A program made the position numbers and the translations under genes. Positions 38,274-48,921 of a stretch of 64,000 nt of DNA are shown one piece after another. The notes beneath the pieces are model-generated. The model saw only the letters and a program-made list of their open reading frames with translations, made no database searches and was not told the origin of the DNA. Position 1 is the stretch's first letter. The number at the start of each line of letters is the position of its first letter. The DNA comes from Candidatus Poribacteria bacterium (GTDB lineage Bacteria; Poribacteria; WGA-4E; WGA-3G). The stretch spans positions 3,264,001 to 3,328,000 of the forward strand of contig OZ242029.1 in NCBI GenBank assembly GCA_965205015.1, written 5' to 3'.

Positions 38274-39681
38274 TTGGGCGATATGGGTCAATGAACCTGT
38301 TATGCTCATCCTTTCGGCGCGGCGGCGGTAATGCGTCGGCTTTCGCACGTAGTCTGGAGAGCGCATCGGCGTAGGATGGCACCTCAATCAGGTTATTCCG
38401 TTCATCTGGGTCTTTGGAGAGATCAAAAAGCTGTTCGGGCCACCCCTTGTCGTTATTAAATTGGAAATACTTTAAATTCCCCTCTTTGACCATCACAGAG
38501 GGTCCGTTTTGCGCACGCCACAGTTCACTATAAACGGTATCGTGCCAGTCGGTGGTATCTCCATCAATCAGTGGCAGGAACGAACGTCCATCGAGTTCAT
38601 CCGGGACGGGAACATCTACTAACTCGCATAGCGTCGGAAACAGATCGACCAACGACACGTTCTGCTCAACAATTTTCGGTTCTCGTCCAAACCGTTTCGG
38701 ATACCAGATAGAAAGTGGGACTCGTGCTGAAGCCTCAAAGTAGCTCTGTTTCTCCCAAAGCCCTTTCGTACCAAGCATCTCACCGTGGTCAGAGAGGAAA
38801 ACGATGATGAAGTCGTCTAAGACGTTCAAATGCTCCAGTTTCTCAATGACGCGACCGAATTGTGCGTCCATCCATTCAATCATTCCGTAATACGCTGCGG
38901 TTGCTCGGTGTGCCTGACGGTAGGTGACATCTTCGCCAACTCGGACCCTGAAAAAATCGTCGTATCCAAACTGTTCGTTCGGCGCTTCGACGATCGGTTC
39001 CACCCGCTGCATGTAGTAATTGAACAGGTCCATTGGACACTGATACGGATAGTGTGGTGCGATGAGGCTTACTGCCATACAGAGCGGATTGGATCTCGGA
39101 CGATCGTAGGGGGCATCGACAAAATATTCCTCAAGGAACAGCAGTGCACCGTCTACGTTGTATTGGTCATTGAGCATCCAACGCCCTAAGCCGGGTTGTG
39201 CGTCGCGGACTTCCTGAATCACTTTGCTCTGCTTCGGACCCGTTCCGGGTTCCGATTCAGTGCGTGCGGAGTGTTCATCTTTTACAGATGGATAAGGATA
39301 ACCATTTTTACCAATGATATCGCGTCCCACGCGTTCTTGCCAGCCGTGCATCACGTCTGTCCCGACGAAGTGCATCTTGCCCGCACAGCAACTATAGTAT
39401 CCGTAGTTTCCCAATTGTCCTGGAATCGTTCGGACCTCTGTCGGCATCGGATCCCCAAAGTTGAGGCTTCCGCAGTTTCGCGGATAGAGTCCTGAAAGAA
39501 AACTCTGTCGGGCAGGCACACAGATCGGCGAAGGCGTATAAGCGTTGCGGAAGTAGATACCTTCATCCATAAACCGAGAAAGTGTCGGCATGCGGATAGC
39601 GGGGTCCCCTTCGATTGGCTGGACATCGGGACGGTGTTCGTCGTTGATAAGGAAGAGAATGTGTGGTTTATTTTGTGGCAT
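38248..39681 (-). CDS. Sulfatase (choline-sulfatase-like)
   Basis: DEHR, formylglycine motif CVPARQS, GKMHF, APHYPY, SDHGEMLG. Confidence 0.9.
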   Translation of the reverse strand: MPQNKPHILFLINDEHRPDVQPIEGDPAIRMPTLSRFMDEGIYFRNAYTPSPICVPARQSFLSGLYPRNCGSLNFGDPMPTEVRTIPGQLGNYGYYSCCAGKMHFVGTDVMHGWQERVGRDIIGKNGYPYPSVKDEHSARTESEPGTGPKQSKVIQEVRDAQPGLGRWMLNDQYNVDGALLFLEEYFVDAPYDRPRSNPLCMAVSLIAPHYPYQCPMDLFNYYMQRVEPIVEAPNEQFGYDDFFRVRVGEDVTYRQAHRATAAYYGMIEWMDAQFGRVIEKLEHLNVLDDFIIVFLSDHGEMLGTKGLWEKQSYFEASARVPLSIWYPKRFGREPKIVEQNVSLVDLFPTLCELVDVPVPDELDGRSFLPLIDGDTTDWHDTVYSELWRAQNGPSVMVKEGNLKYFQFNNDKGWPEQLFDLSKDPDERNNLIEVPSYADALSRLRAKADALPPPRRKDEHNRFIDPYRPIKTGRWSQ

Positions 39682-39728
39682 GGCTGCTTTGGGGTTACGG
39701 CATACGGCGTATGCCTACTACTTTAAAT

Positions 39729-40487
39729 TTAATAAAGGGACATTAAGCCTTCTGCGCCGGGGATCTGTTTTTGCTCGAATTCGGGGGTAAGCCAGCGGGC
39801 CCCGGACGGTCTGCCGGGGTTGCGATAGGCATAAACGACGCACCACCGCGTATCGCTATTTTCTTTTCTTGGGGACACAGCATGTGCGGCATGCGTCCAC
39901 ATCAACGCGACTGTGCCGGGTGGTGCGGATAACGCCTCGATCTCCAGAGGTTCACTTGTTTCTGGATGCGTTTTTCCTGCCAACCAATTCTCTTGGAGTT
40001 CTTCATCTGATTGTGCATGGATCCTTGCATCCCGATACAAGTGACTGCCGGGAACCGCTTTCAAGCCGCCATCGTCGGGTTCAAATCCGTTGACATAGAA
40101 GAAGATGCGGACGAATCCCAGGTTCGGGTCGTCATCGGAGTATCCGTGGCTGTGCCATCCAATGCCACGATTGCCACCGGGTCGATTGAGACTCACGCAG
40201 TGATCGTATCGGATGTCTTCACCCAAGACCTTCCGTGCGAGTTCAAGCATCTGTGGGTGTGCAATCAGGCTTTCGAGATAACTGTCGTATTCTGCAGAAA
40301 ATCGGTTCGGCTCATGTCCTTCTTTCTGCGTGCGCGAGCGTTCAAGAATAGACGACAGGGAGCGGGTCAAATGTTCCTGTGCCTCCGACGTGAGCACGCC
40401 GGGGAGGACGAAATGTCCATCGCTATCCAACGTTTTTCGTTCCTGTTCACCAAACGTATAGGCATGAAAAATCGGTCCTTGTGGCAT
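39729..40487 (-). CDS. Phytanoyl-CoA dioxygenase (PhyH) family protein
   Basis: DGHFVLPGVL, WHSH, DDGGLKAVPGSH, HAVS...R; start reassigned to ATG 40487. Confidence 0.85.
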   Translation of the reverse strand: MPQGPIFHAYTFGEQERKTLDSDGHFVLPGVLTSEAQEHLTRSLSSILERSRTQKEGHEPNRFSAEYDSYLESLIAHPQMLELARKVLGEDIRYDHCVSLNRPGGNRGIGWHSHGYSDDDPNLGFVRIFFYVNGFEPDDGGLKAVPGSHLYRDARIHAQSDEELQENWLAGKTHPETSEPLEIEALSAPPGTVALMWTHAAHAVSPRKENSDTRWCVVYAYRNPGRPSGARWLTPEFEQKQIPGAEGLMSLY

Positions 40488-40504
40488 AGCAGAAGTCCTT
40501 TCCT

Positions 40505-41197
40505 TTAGGTATCCTTTCCAGATTTTTCTGATGGTTTGTAGTAGGAAACGTATTTCCACCCCTGTTTTTTGAACTTTTCATCTTGTACTTTCAAATAGGC
40601 AGAGAGTTCCTCAATAGAATTGAACTTGGCAGCAAATTCTGCCTTCATCCGCAAGCATTCTTCAAGGATAGGATCTGTATAGTCCTCAGGTACCTCTTTC
40701 ATCTGAAATTCCTCCATTAGTTCAATAGGCGTGCAGATAGTTATTGGCTTAAATCCCTCCGCTTGACAAATCTGGTTAATCTGTTCACGCGTGTCTATAT
40801 TCAGAATATGCTTATGGTTCCATGATACAAGGTACTCGATCCCGTGTACCGTGGCAATAGCGATATGTTCTGCATCCGGACTCGATCTTTGTGGCACCGC
40901 GCCGGCATTTAGTAATTTCTGGGCAAGTGTATCAGCCTCAGATAAAGGTTCCAACACCGTAAGGGGCAACAATACCTCAAGTCGTTGTTGTGCTGCTCTT
41001 GGATCACCTCCACTGACCTCGTTAAGAACTATACTTGAAACAACAAACTCAAACCTATCCGCATAATCCGCCCAAAACCTCCGAGTTTCCCGTTGCCAAT
41101 ATCCTACAGTTGCATCAGCACTAGGTCGTGCCACTAAATAGCTCACAACCGTCGTCTCAATGTAAACTTTCGGTTTCTCCGCTGTATAATATATCAT
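40505..41197 (-). CDS. PIN-domain (VapC-like) protein with fused C-terminal helical extension
   Basis: VYIETTVVSYL, E...GD, DAEHIAIATVHG.EYLVSWNHKHI, ICTPIEL, then MKE...DPILEECLRMK. Confidence 0.85.
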   Translation of the reverse strand: MIYYTAEKPKVYIETTVVSYLVARPSADATVGYWQRETRRFWADYADRFEFVVSSIVLNEVSGGDPRAAQQRLEVLLPLTVLEPLSEADTLAQKLLNAGAVPQRSSPDAEHIAIATVHGIEYLVSWNHKHILNIDTREQINQICQAEGFKPITICTPIELMEEFQMKEVPEDYTDPILEECLRMKAEFAAKFNSIEELSAYLKVQDEKFKKQGWKYVSYYKPSEKSGKDT

Positions 41198-41243
41198 GAA
41201 ATACTGCTTTTTTCAAATCAAATTCCGTTTACGTTCACCCCGT

Positions 41244-42104
41244 CTATTTCAGTTCAGGTCCTGGATTCCGGTTCCATTTTAACGGTTCGACGTCGCCTTT
41301 ACAGACTGGCGCGAGTTCGGCAATGCGTTCCCAATCTCCGTCCGACCAAGCGAGGCTCTGCCGAAGTCTACCGATATGTGCCTGCATTTCCGTGGGTAAC
41401 AACGCAAAAAATGGATGATACCAGAGCGTAATGACTGTCCGCCGTTCATCTGATTGATTGCCGTGTGAAGCGTGTAGAAGCCGTGAGTCACCGATAACGA
41501 GGTCCCCCGCTTTTACGGGGATGTCAACTTCACCCGGAAAGTGTTGATAGGCAGGATGGTCAGCATCGTCTACGCGCTGGAGAGCTTCGCCGTGGGCATC
41601 GGGCAGTATATCATGCAGCGGATGCCGATTGAGATGTGAGCCTTTAATGACACGGAGGCATCCGTTATGCGGGATCGTATCAACCAAATAATACATGAGG
41701 AACAACTGTTGCGGCAGTGCTGTGTAGCTGCACGGATCGTTCCAGCCCCACCAGTCTTGGTGCCAAAACAGGGGTGGACTCTGCGGTGGTTTACTGATGA
41801 CATATCCCGACGACCATTTTGGCCTCAAGAACCCCAAAGCATCGAGAGCCTGCAGCGCACGCGGATAAACGACGAGTTCCGCGAACAGTGGATGCATATA
41901 CACGCTAATCATGCTGCCAGCGGAGCGATAGGCTGCGTGTTGATCCTCCGTTTGTGCATCAAGGAGTGTGTCGGTTACTGAGCGAAGTCGGTTAAGCATC
42001 TCTTCTTTCAAGACATTTTCAATGACACAATAACCGTCTGCGATTAATTGATCGTATCTTTCTTTCGGTTTTTCGACTTTCATATCGACTCCTGTTGCTA
42101 TCAT
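41244..42104 (-). CDS. Phytanoyl-CoA dioxygenase (PhyH) family protein
   Basis: DGYCVIENVL, WHQD, NGCLRVIKGSH, AGDLVIGDSRLLHASHGN.S..RR. Confidence 0.9.
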   Translation of the reverse strand: MIATGVDMKVEKPKERYDQLIADGYCVIENVLKEEMLNRLRSVTDTLLDAQTEDQHAAYRSAGSMISVYMHPLFAELVVYPRALQALDALGFLRPKWSSGYVISKPPQSPPLFWHQDWWGWNDPCSYTALPQQLFLMYYLVDTIPHNGCLRVIKGSHLNRHPLHDILPDAHGEALQRVDDADHPAYQHFPGEVDIPVKAGDLVIGDSRLLHASHGNQSDERRTVITLWYHPFFALLPTEMQAHIGRLRQSLAWSDGDWERIAELAPVCKGDVEPLKWNRNPGPELK

Positions 42105-42874
42105 TTTTTTGCCACCACAGAAAACCCATTGTCATTCTCTGGATGGAAGTCTTCCAGTCTACGCTTCTTGTAGAAATGGGAATCTGTAAATCCCACTTCC
42201 ACAAGACAGTTCTTGAGTTCGTCCGGCGGAAGGTGTTTGCTGGTATAGTCGCACCTGTAATGTTTTTGTGTCTCCAAATCTATTTTAAGCCAAGTGTATC
42301 TTTCTATGTCATTGCCTTCGTCATACTCTCCCTTTTCCAGAACAAATACGTTTTTCTCAATTTCAGACCAGTTAGACATCGGAAATTGCTTGTTTGTTAT
42401 TGGTTGATTTGGATGCACAAAGCAAACCCTACCATTGGGTGTGAGTGCTTTATGGATCCGGTTTAAGAGCGACATCAAACCCGCCTTGGATTGATAGAAA
42501 AACGAACCCTCGAAGAAAATAACAGAAAACCTTTCTTCAAAACGCATTTCATTATAGTCGCCCAAAATAAACTCAATCTCTAAATTTTCACGTTGCGTGA
42601 TCTTTTGAGCCTCAGACAGAAAGTTGGGTGATAGATCCATACCAACAATATGATAGCCGCGCCGAGCAAATTCACGCGAATAGCTGCCAATTCCGCATCC
42701 CGCCTCCAATATTCTGTCACTTTTAGAGAGCAGTAGCACCTTTTCATAGAAAGGAAAATGCCTTTCTACAAATTCTGGCGATTCAAAATTGTAGCTGCCT
42801 GGTCCAAGATACCATCCATCATAGACATCGTGTCCGAAATCTGTTCTCAGAAATTCATTAGAGACAGTGTTCAT
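42101..42874 (-). CDS. Class I SAM-dependent methyltransferase
   Basis: ILEAGCGIG, VGMDLS, GDY, LTPNGR; start reassigned to ATG 42874. Confidence 0.9.
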   Translation of the reverse strand: MNTVSNEFLRTDFGHDVYDGWYLGPGSYNFESPEFVERHFPFYEKVLLLSKSDRILEAGCGIGSYSREFARRGYHIVGMDLSPNFLSEAQKITQRENLEIEFILGDYNEMRFEERFSVIFFEGSFFYQSKAGLMSLLNRIHKALTPNGRVCFVHPNQPITNKQFPMSNWSEIEKNVFVLEKGEYDEGNDIERYTWLKIDLETQKHYRCDYTSKHLPPDELKNCLVEVGFTDSHFYKKRRLEDFHPENDNGFSVVAKK

Positions 42875-43011
42875 TTTTCCTCCTAAAATGAGCAGCGGGT
42901 GGCACAACCTAACAGTTTATGCGACAAGTCCCTTTATTGAACTCACGTTACGCTACTCAATCAAACCACATTCACAAACAGATGTCAAGCGAATTCTTTA
43001 TTGCTCCGATC

Positions 43012-43039
43012 TTGACTTTTTTCTCAGATATGCTATCAT
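43012..43039 (+). promoter_or_regulatory. Sigma70-type promoter
   Basis: TTGACT-16 bp-TATCAT with extended -10 TG. Confidence 0.5.
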
Positions 43040-43086
43040 TGCATCTATGCTCATTAACTCAAATCGTAAGTTGATAGGAGAAAAAA

Positions 43087-44073
43087 ATGTCAAACACTGT
43101 AAGCCGACAAATTCGCTTGAAGAACCGAATCGTCGGTATGCCCAAGGAAGATGATTTTGAAATCGTTGAGGCGACGCTCCCTGAACCCGCGGCAGGAGAG
43201 GTGTTAGTTGAAAACCTTTACACGTCCGTAGACCCGTATATGCGTGGCGGTATGCGGTCGGCTGAACTCGGTAAACCCTTAGAAGGTAGATGCGCCGGTC
43301 GGATAGTGGAATCGAACAGTGACCAGTTTCAAGTCGGAGACTATGTAACGGGTATGCAAGGGTGGCGGGACCACTACATCGCGTCTGCAGAGAGCGTGAC
43401 CGCTGTCGATCTGACGATTGCGCCGCTCCAGTCGTTTTTAGGGGCTGTCGGTATGCCTGGACGGACCGCCTACTTCGGATTTCTGGAGATAGGTCAGCCC
43501 GAAGCGGGAGAAACGGTTTTCGTCTCCGCAGCGGCAGGGGCGGTCGGTTCAATCGTATGCCAGATTGCCAAAATCAAAGGGTGCCGAGTCATTGCGAGTG
43601 CGGGTTCCGATCAGAAAGTTACATGGCTATTGGAGACAGCCGGCGTTGACGCGGCATTTAACTATAAAAATGTCGATGATTTGGAGGCTGAACTCAGGAA
43701 ACACTGTCCCGATGGACTGGACATCTATTTTGAAAATGTAGGCGGCAGACACCTACAAGCCGCGCTCGCAGTGATGAACATGCACGGACGGATCCCGCTG
43801 TGTGGTATGATCTCCCAATACAACGACATTGAACCGACCCCAGGTCCGACAAACCTCAGTTCTGCTATCGGTAAACGGATTAGATTACAAGGGTTTATCG
43901 TTACCGACTTCATGGAACGCAATCCTGAATTTTACAGCGATATGCGGCAGTGGATATCTGAAGGCAAGATACAGTGGGAAGAGACGATCATAGAAGGATT
44001 AGAGAATGCCCCAAAGGCGTTTATCGCGCTTTTCACAGGTGAAAAACTTGGCAAGATCATCGTCAAAGTATAA
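43087..44073 (+). CDS. NADP-dependent oxidoreductase (CurA/prostaglandin reductase-like)
   Basis: SVDPYMRG, GMPGRTAYFG, VSAAAGAVGS, YFENVGG, CGMISQYN. Confidence 0.9.
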   Translation: MSNTVSRQIRLKNRIVGMPKEDDFEIVEATLPEPAAGEVLVENLYTSVDPYMRGGMRSAELGKPLEGRCAGRIVESNSDQFQVGDYVTGMQGWRDHYIASAESVTAVDLTIAPLQSFLGAVGMPGRTAYFGFLEIGQPEAGETVFVSAAAGAVGSIVCQIAKIKGCRVIASAGSDQKVTWLLETAGVDAAFNYKNVDDLEAELRKHCPDGLDIYFENVGGRHLQAALAVMNMHGRIPLCGMISQYNDIEPTPGPTNLSSAIGKRIRLQGFIVTDFMERNPEFYSDMRQWISEGKIQWEETIIEGLENAPKAFIALFTGEKLGKIIVKV

Positions 44074-44085
44074 AGGAGTTTTACA

Positions 44086-45138
44086 ATGGCAACCAGAACA
44101 GCACGCGCCACCGTGATGAGTGGCAAAGATTTTGAAGTCCGAGAATATCCGATCGTCGACCCTGCTCCTGGGACGGTCCTCGTCCGTCAGGAGTTAGGCG
44201 GTATTTGCGGGACCGACCTTCATAACTGGGAATTTCAACGTATCGACCACGACATTATCCTCGGACACGAGAACGTCGGTGTGATTGAGACTTTAGGCGA
44301 AGGGGTTGAGACAGACTATCTCGGGAATCCGGTCAAAGAAGGCGACAGGATCGCGCTGTCCCCAAGCGGCGGACTCGGTTTTTCTCCGTCGGAAGAAGCG
44401 CCGTATCTACGCGGGGGGTTCAGTGAGTACATCTACCTGTCAAACCCATCGACGAATATGTTCATTAAAACCGATCTGCCACCGGAAATCGCTGTGCTCG
44501 CGGAGCCTGCTTCGTGTGCTGCACACTGTGTCTCACGCGGCAAAATCGAATTCGGAGATACGGTTGTAATTCAAGGAACCGGTCCGATCGGGCTGCTTGC
44601 GCTGAATTGGGCGAGAGTTTCCGGTGCTGGGAGGCTGATCGTTGTCGGGGGTCCCCCTGGAAGGCTTGAGATGGCAAAAAGATTGGGCGCAGATCTTACA
44701 ATTGACATCGCCGAAGTACCAGACCCGGAAGCGCGAAAGCAGATCGTCCGAGAGAACACACCACAAGGCAACGGTGCGGATGTCGTCTACGAATGTACCG
44801 GTTTTCTCGCCGCTATTCCTGAAGGCTTGGACTATATCAGGCATAGCGGTGCCTATGTTGTATATGGGCACTTTGTGGATGTTGGCTCTTTTGATTGTAA
44901 CCCCAATCAGATGTTAATGCGTAAGAATCTTCGATTGGAGGCTGGATGGGGATTTGAGAGGAAGCATTTTATCCGCGCCATTCCGATGCTTGAGAAGCAC
45001 GCACACTTATTTGAGGGGTTCGTCAGCCACGTTCTGCCCTTAGAAGATGTGTCTAAAGGTTTTGATGCGCTGCACGGCAGTTACAACTTGGACGGAAAGG
45101 ACGCGATTAAGATCGCCGTCGAAGGTGGGGCTGCCTAA
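44086..45138 (+). CDS. Zinc-binding dehydrogenase
   Basis: GICGTDLH, GHENVG, QGTGPIGL, GADVVYECTG. Confidence 0.9.
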   Translation: MATRTARATVMSGKDFEVREYPIVDPAPGTVLVRQELGGICGTDLHNWEFQRIDHDIILGHENVGVIETLGEGVETDYLGNPVKEGDRIALSPSGGLGFSPSEEAPYLRGGFSEYIYLSNPSTNMFIKTDLPPEIAVLAEPASCAAHCVSRGKIEFGDTVVIQGTGPIGLLALNWARVSGAGRLIVVGGPPGRLEMAKRLGADLTIDIAEVPDPEARKQIVRENTPQGNGADVVYECTGFLAAIPEGLDYIRHSGAYVVYGHFVDVGSFDCNPNQMLMRKNLRLEAGWGFERKHFIRAIPMLEKHAHLFEGFVSHVLPLEDVSKGFDALHGSYNLDGKDAIKIAVEGGAA

Positions 45139-45160
45139 AACGTTATACCATCCCTGAGAT

Positions 45161-45197
45161 GTAGGCGCGGTTTTCAACCGCGCCTATAATTTTTTTT
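45161..45197. terminator. REP-like hairpin / terminator between convergent genes
   Basis: GTAGGCGCGGTT-TTC-AACCGCGCCTAT followed by a T-run. Confidence 0.65.
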
Positions 45198-46201
45198 CAG
45201 GCACTTGCTTCTTCTTCGACATCTTTCAGATATACGCGAGCGTTGTTCTGCAAGGCCGACCTATGGACTGCTGCTTCAAACAGGAGTTCGTTCCACGCCG
45301 CTTCACCGTCTGCGGGGAAGGGGGTGTCGACGTGCATCGCCTTAATCACACCATCTGCCATCCGTTTGAAGGACTCCGGCATCTCGGGCTTGTTCTCTTC
45401 TGCTTCCCAGACTTCCTCTATTTCAGAATTATTCGCTTTTCTGCGCGAGTAAGAGCCTTCCAGTCCTTTTGCCTCCGCATAGAATTCATCGCCCAGGACC
45501 TTAACTCGAAGTGGATGGTCGTCGTAGCCCCACAGGTTTGTGCCGCTCAGGGAACCGATGACGCCGTTCTCCCAACCGATGTGAATTAAACGGCTCCAAC
45601 CCCCGGCTTCATTTGGGTCTCCGACGACACTCACCCATTCCGGTCTGCCGACCGTCCAGAGGATCTGATCGATCACATGGGACCAACAGTTGAAATGTGC
45701 CCGGGCGTGTACCATCCGAATCTCACCCAACCGATTCTCGGCAACATCATCGTGTAGTTTACGGAAATGGTGCATAAATCGGTAGTTGAAATCAATCCCG
45801 AACTTAAGATTGGAGTCGCGCCATGTTGCGATGGCGGGTGCCGCGATTCGGAGGTCTTTTTCACGCAACCGCGCTTGTCCTTCCAATCCACAGAGCGGTT
45901 TCTCTGTGAATACATTTCGTCCGGCTTCAAGCAATTGCCGCAGCGGTGGGATACGCCGGGTCTCATTGACAATGAGAAGAACGAGTTCCGCATCGCAGTT
46001 TGCTAAGAGGTCCTCAATTGTTGAATACCCGGGAACCCCGAATTGTTCCGCTGCCTTCGCAAGGAGTTCCGGGTCCATATCGCACACCGCGACCACTTCT
46101 GCGTCCGGATGGCTGTGGAAGTTTCCACCGTGCATCAACCCCATACCTCTACCGCTAATAAGTGCACATTTTTGCATAACGAAATCCTTTCTGTTTACCA
46201 A
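45197..46201 (-). CDS. Gfo/Idh/MocA family oxidoreductase (5' end uncertain)
   Basis: VVAVCD, NVFTEKPL, FNYRF, HVID. Confidence 0.85.
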   Translation of the reverse strand: MVNRKDFVMQKCALISGRGMGLMHGGNFHSHPDAEVVAVCDMDPELLAKAAEQFGVPGYSTIEDLLANCDAELVLLIVNETRRIPPLRQLLEAGRNVFTEKPLCGLEGQARLREKDLRIAAPAIATWRDSNLKFGIDFNYRFMHHFRKLHDDVAENRLGEIRMVHARAHFNCWSHVIDQILWTVGRPEWVSVVGDPNEAGGWSRLIHIGWENGVIGSLSGTNLWGYDDHPLRVKVLGDEFYAEAKGLEGSYSRRKANNSEIEEVWEAEENKPEMPESFKRMADGVIKAMHVDTPFPADGEAAWNELLFEAAVHRSALQNNARVYLKDVEEEASA

Positions 46202-46420
46202 CCCTTCAATTTTAGGTCTCCCTACGTCATTTCAAGGCAGTATAGCAGAGAGAATAAAAAACCTCAAGGAAAAACGTCTCTATAGACACACTAAGATAAG
46301 TTTGATGTGTCCCGATTTCTCTTGCCACTTCTCTCCTAACCTGCTATACTCTGATACCGTCTTCTACGCTTGAAATAACGATCTTCTGAACAGCAAGTTT
46401 TCGAGGAGAACTCATAGCAA

Positions 46421-47935
46421 ATGGACCCAGCAATCACAATTGACGACCTTCATAAACATATCGGAAATGCGCGTGAATTGCGAGAATATCTCTCAGCAGA
46501 CCCGCACCGTCCACGCTATCATCTGCTCCCACCCGATGGGTTTTTTAACGACGCAAACTGCACTATTTTCTGGAATGGGCGATACCATGTCTTTTATCTT
46601 GGACGCATGCCAAATCCAAATGCGGAGGAATGGCTGCCGGTACTCGATCACTCCTCCAGTTGTGATTTGGTGCATTGGATACACCACCCACCGGCGATAA
46701 AACCTGCTACTGACGGGTCAATGCCGCGCGGTATATATAGCGGAGACGCTATTGAGAACGCGCCGCTGCCGACCTTCATCTATCACGTGCCGAATCAAGG
46801 CACCTGCATCGCAACCAGCGAAGAGGATGATTTGATTCACTGGACCCCTTCACCCGCAAATCCGGTCATTTCAATACCGGACGAACCCCAAGAGTACCAC
46901 GTTTTTGATCCGTGTGCTTGGTATGAAGATGGCACCTATTATGCACTCATCGGCAACAAAAACAGCCGACCGGGATACGAGGGCGACGCGACGAGTCTTT
47001 TCCGTTCGGACGACTGTATTCAATGGGAGTACCTCGGTCCCTTCTACAAATCTTCACGGCGTTGGACGGATGAGGTTGAAGATTGCGCCTGTCCCGATTT
47101 CTTTCCGCTCGGTGATAAATACATGCTTCTGATGCACGGGCACCGCCCTTACGGTATGGCACATTATTACCTCGGACATTACGAAGATGAGCAGTTCTTT
47201 CCTGAAACACATGGACGTTTGAACTGGCAAGGTGGACAACTCTCTGGACCCGAAACGCTCCTTGACGACAAGGGACGCCGTATCTTTTTTGGTTGGATTC
47301 GCGAGGCCCGTCCCTGGGAGGAATACGGTTGGGCTTCTGTAATGACGTTGCCACGGATCCTATCGTTGCGTGGAGACGGAAGTCTCTGTATTGAACCCGT
47401 TCCAGAACTCGAAAAACTCCGCACTCAGCATCACCACCAAGAAGCGATTCAACTCAAGGCAGACGTGGAGATCGAGATTGGCGGTGTGCGTGGCGATTGT
47501 CTTGAAATACAGGTCGACATTGATCCAAGAGATACTACAGAATTCGGTGTGAAGGTTCGCCGTTCCCCAGGCGGCGAGGAGGAGACCGCCATTGTCTATT
47601 CGTCATCTGACGAATTCCTTAAAATCGATCTCACGAAATCAACTTTGAATGACGAAGTAAAATATCCGCGTCTGACGCCACAAGACGAAGACGGTGGAGA
47701 GCGTTATACAAATTCACAAGAAGCACCGTTTAAACTGTTTGAAGAGGAATCCGTGAAACTTCATATCTTCTTAGACCGATCCGTGTTGGAAGTTTTTGCG
47801 AACAGTCGATTGTGTCTAACCCAGCGTATCTATCCAACGCGAGCCGACAGTCTCGGTATCTCAATTTTCGCACGCGGTGGGGAAGGGATTGTAAACAGTT
47901 TAGATGCATGGACGCTTACGCCAACGGTAGGGTGA
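46421..47935 (+). CDS. Glycoside hydrolase family 32 protein
   Basis: RPRYH, FNDAN, YSGDA, FDP, DCACPDFF, MTLPR, IFLDRSVLEVFAN. Confidence 0.9.
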   Translation: MDPAITIDDLHKHIGNARELREYLSADPHRPRYHLLPPDGFFNDANCTIFWNGRYHVFYLGRMPNPNAEEWLPVLDHSSSCDLVHWIHHPPAIKPATDGSMPRGIYSGDAIENAPLPTFIYHVPNQGTCIATSEEDDLIHWTPSPANPVISIPDEPQEYHVFDPCAWYEDGTYYALIGNKNSRPGYEGDATSLFRSDDCIQWEYLGPFYKSSRRWTDEVEDCACPDFFPLGDKYMLLMHGHRPYGMAHYYLGHYEDEQFFPETHGRLNWQGGQLSGPETLLDDKGRRIFFGWIREARPWEEYGWASVMTLPRILSLRGDGSLCIEPVPELEKLRTQHHHQEAIQLKADVEIEIGGVRGDCLEIQVDIDPRDTTEFGVKVRRSPGGEEETAIVYSSSDEFLKIDLTKSTLNDEVKYPRLTPQDEDGGERYTNSQEAPFKLFEEESVKLHIFLDRSVLEVFANSRLCLTQRIYPTRADSLGISIFARGGEGIVNSLDAWTLTPTVG

Positions 47936-47970
47936 TCGTCAGTCTTCGAAAATCAAACGATAGGAAAATT

Positions 47971-48867
47971 ATGCAGCCTCAACAACTTCCCAGAATTGGT
48001 TTTATTGGACTCGGAAACATGGGCGGACGGATGGCGAAGAATCTTCACAATGCCGGGTATCCGCTCATTGGATATGATATTGATGCCGCAAAATGTGAAG
48101 CACTCGCTGAAACTGGCGCGACCGCAGGTCAAGATACCGCTGAGGTCGTCAGAAATAGCGATGTCGTCATGACCAGTTTGCGTTCCTCTGATATTTTTTC
48201 CAGCGTCGCAGAACAACACTTAATCCCTAATGCTCGCGACGGTCACGTCTTTATTGATTTAGGTACGACAGAAGTTGAGAGAACGCGGGACATAGCAACG
48301 ACATTCGCTGAAAAAGGCGCGACGCTGATAGACGCACCGGTAAGCGGGGGACCGCACGGATCGGAAACAGGAACACTCCGTATTTTTGTCGGTGGTGATG
48401 CCGCTGTTGTCGAAAAATGCCGCCCGATTTTAGAAGTGCTCGGGGAACCGAAGTATGTCGTATACTGCGGTCCGAGCGGTTCTGGACAGATTGTCAAAGG
48501 TGTGAACCAATTGGCAATGGGACTCGGTGATGCCGCATTCATGGAGGCAATGGCGTTTGGGGTATGTGCAGGCGTGGATCCAACCGCGATTCGCGAAGCA
48601 GTCGGTATGGGTGATGGCTGGCGTGGACAGTTCGATAGAATCGCCGAACGCATTATCGATGGGGAAGGTGGGACACTCGTCATCAAATACCCGGAATTGC
48701 CCTATTTCCTCGCCGCGGCGGAGGCCTCTGGGTTCAATATTCCATTAGCAGAAGCCCTCTACGCATTCTGTAAAAAAGGGGATTACGAGATGTTTGATAA
48801 TATGAATCGTCCGTCACGTTCATTCTGGCGAACATTGACAAAAGATTCAGACGCGGAACAGGATTAG
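47971..48867 (+). CDS. NAD(P)-dependent oxidoreductase (3-hydroxyisobutyrate dehydrogenase family)
   Basis: IGFIGLGNMG, DAPVSGG, GSGQIVKGVNQ; start reassigned to ATG 47971. Confidence 0.9.
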   Translation: MQPQQLPRIGFIGLGNMGGRMAKNLHNAGYPLIGYDIDAAKCEALAETGATAGQDTAEVVRNSDVVMTSLRSSDIFSSVAEQHLIPNARDGHVFIDLGTTEVERTRDIATTFAEKGATLIDAPVSGGPHGSETGTLRIFVGGDAAVVEKCRPILEVLGEPKYVVYCGPSGSGQIVKGVNQLAMGLGDAAFMEAMAFGVCAGVDPTAIREAVGMGDGWRGQFDRIAERIIDGEGGTLVIKYPELPYFLAAAEASGFNIPLAEALYAFCKKGDYEMFDNMNRPSRSFWRTLTKDSDAEQD

Positions 48868-48921
48868 TTGGCATCAAAACCTCTGACATTTCAACCTGTA
48901 AGAAGCCTGCAAGAATTTTGT

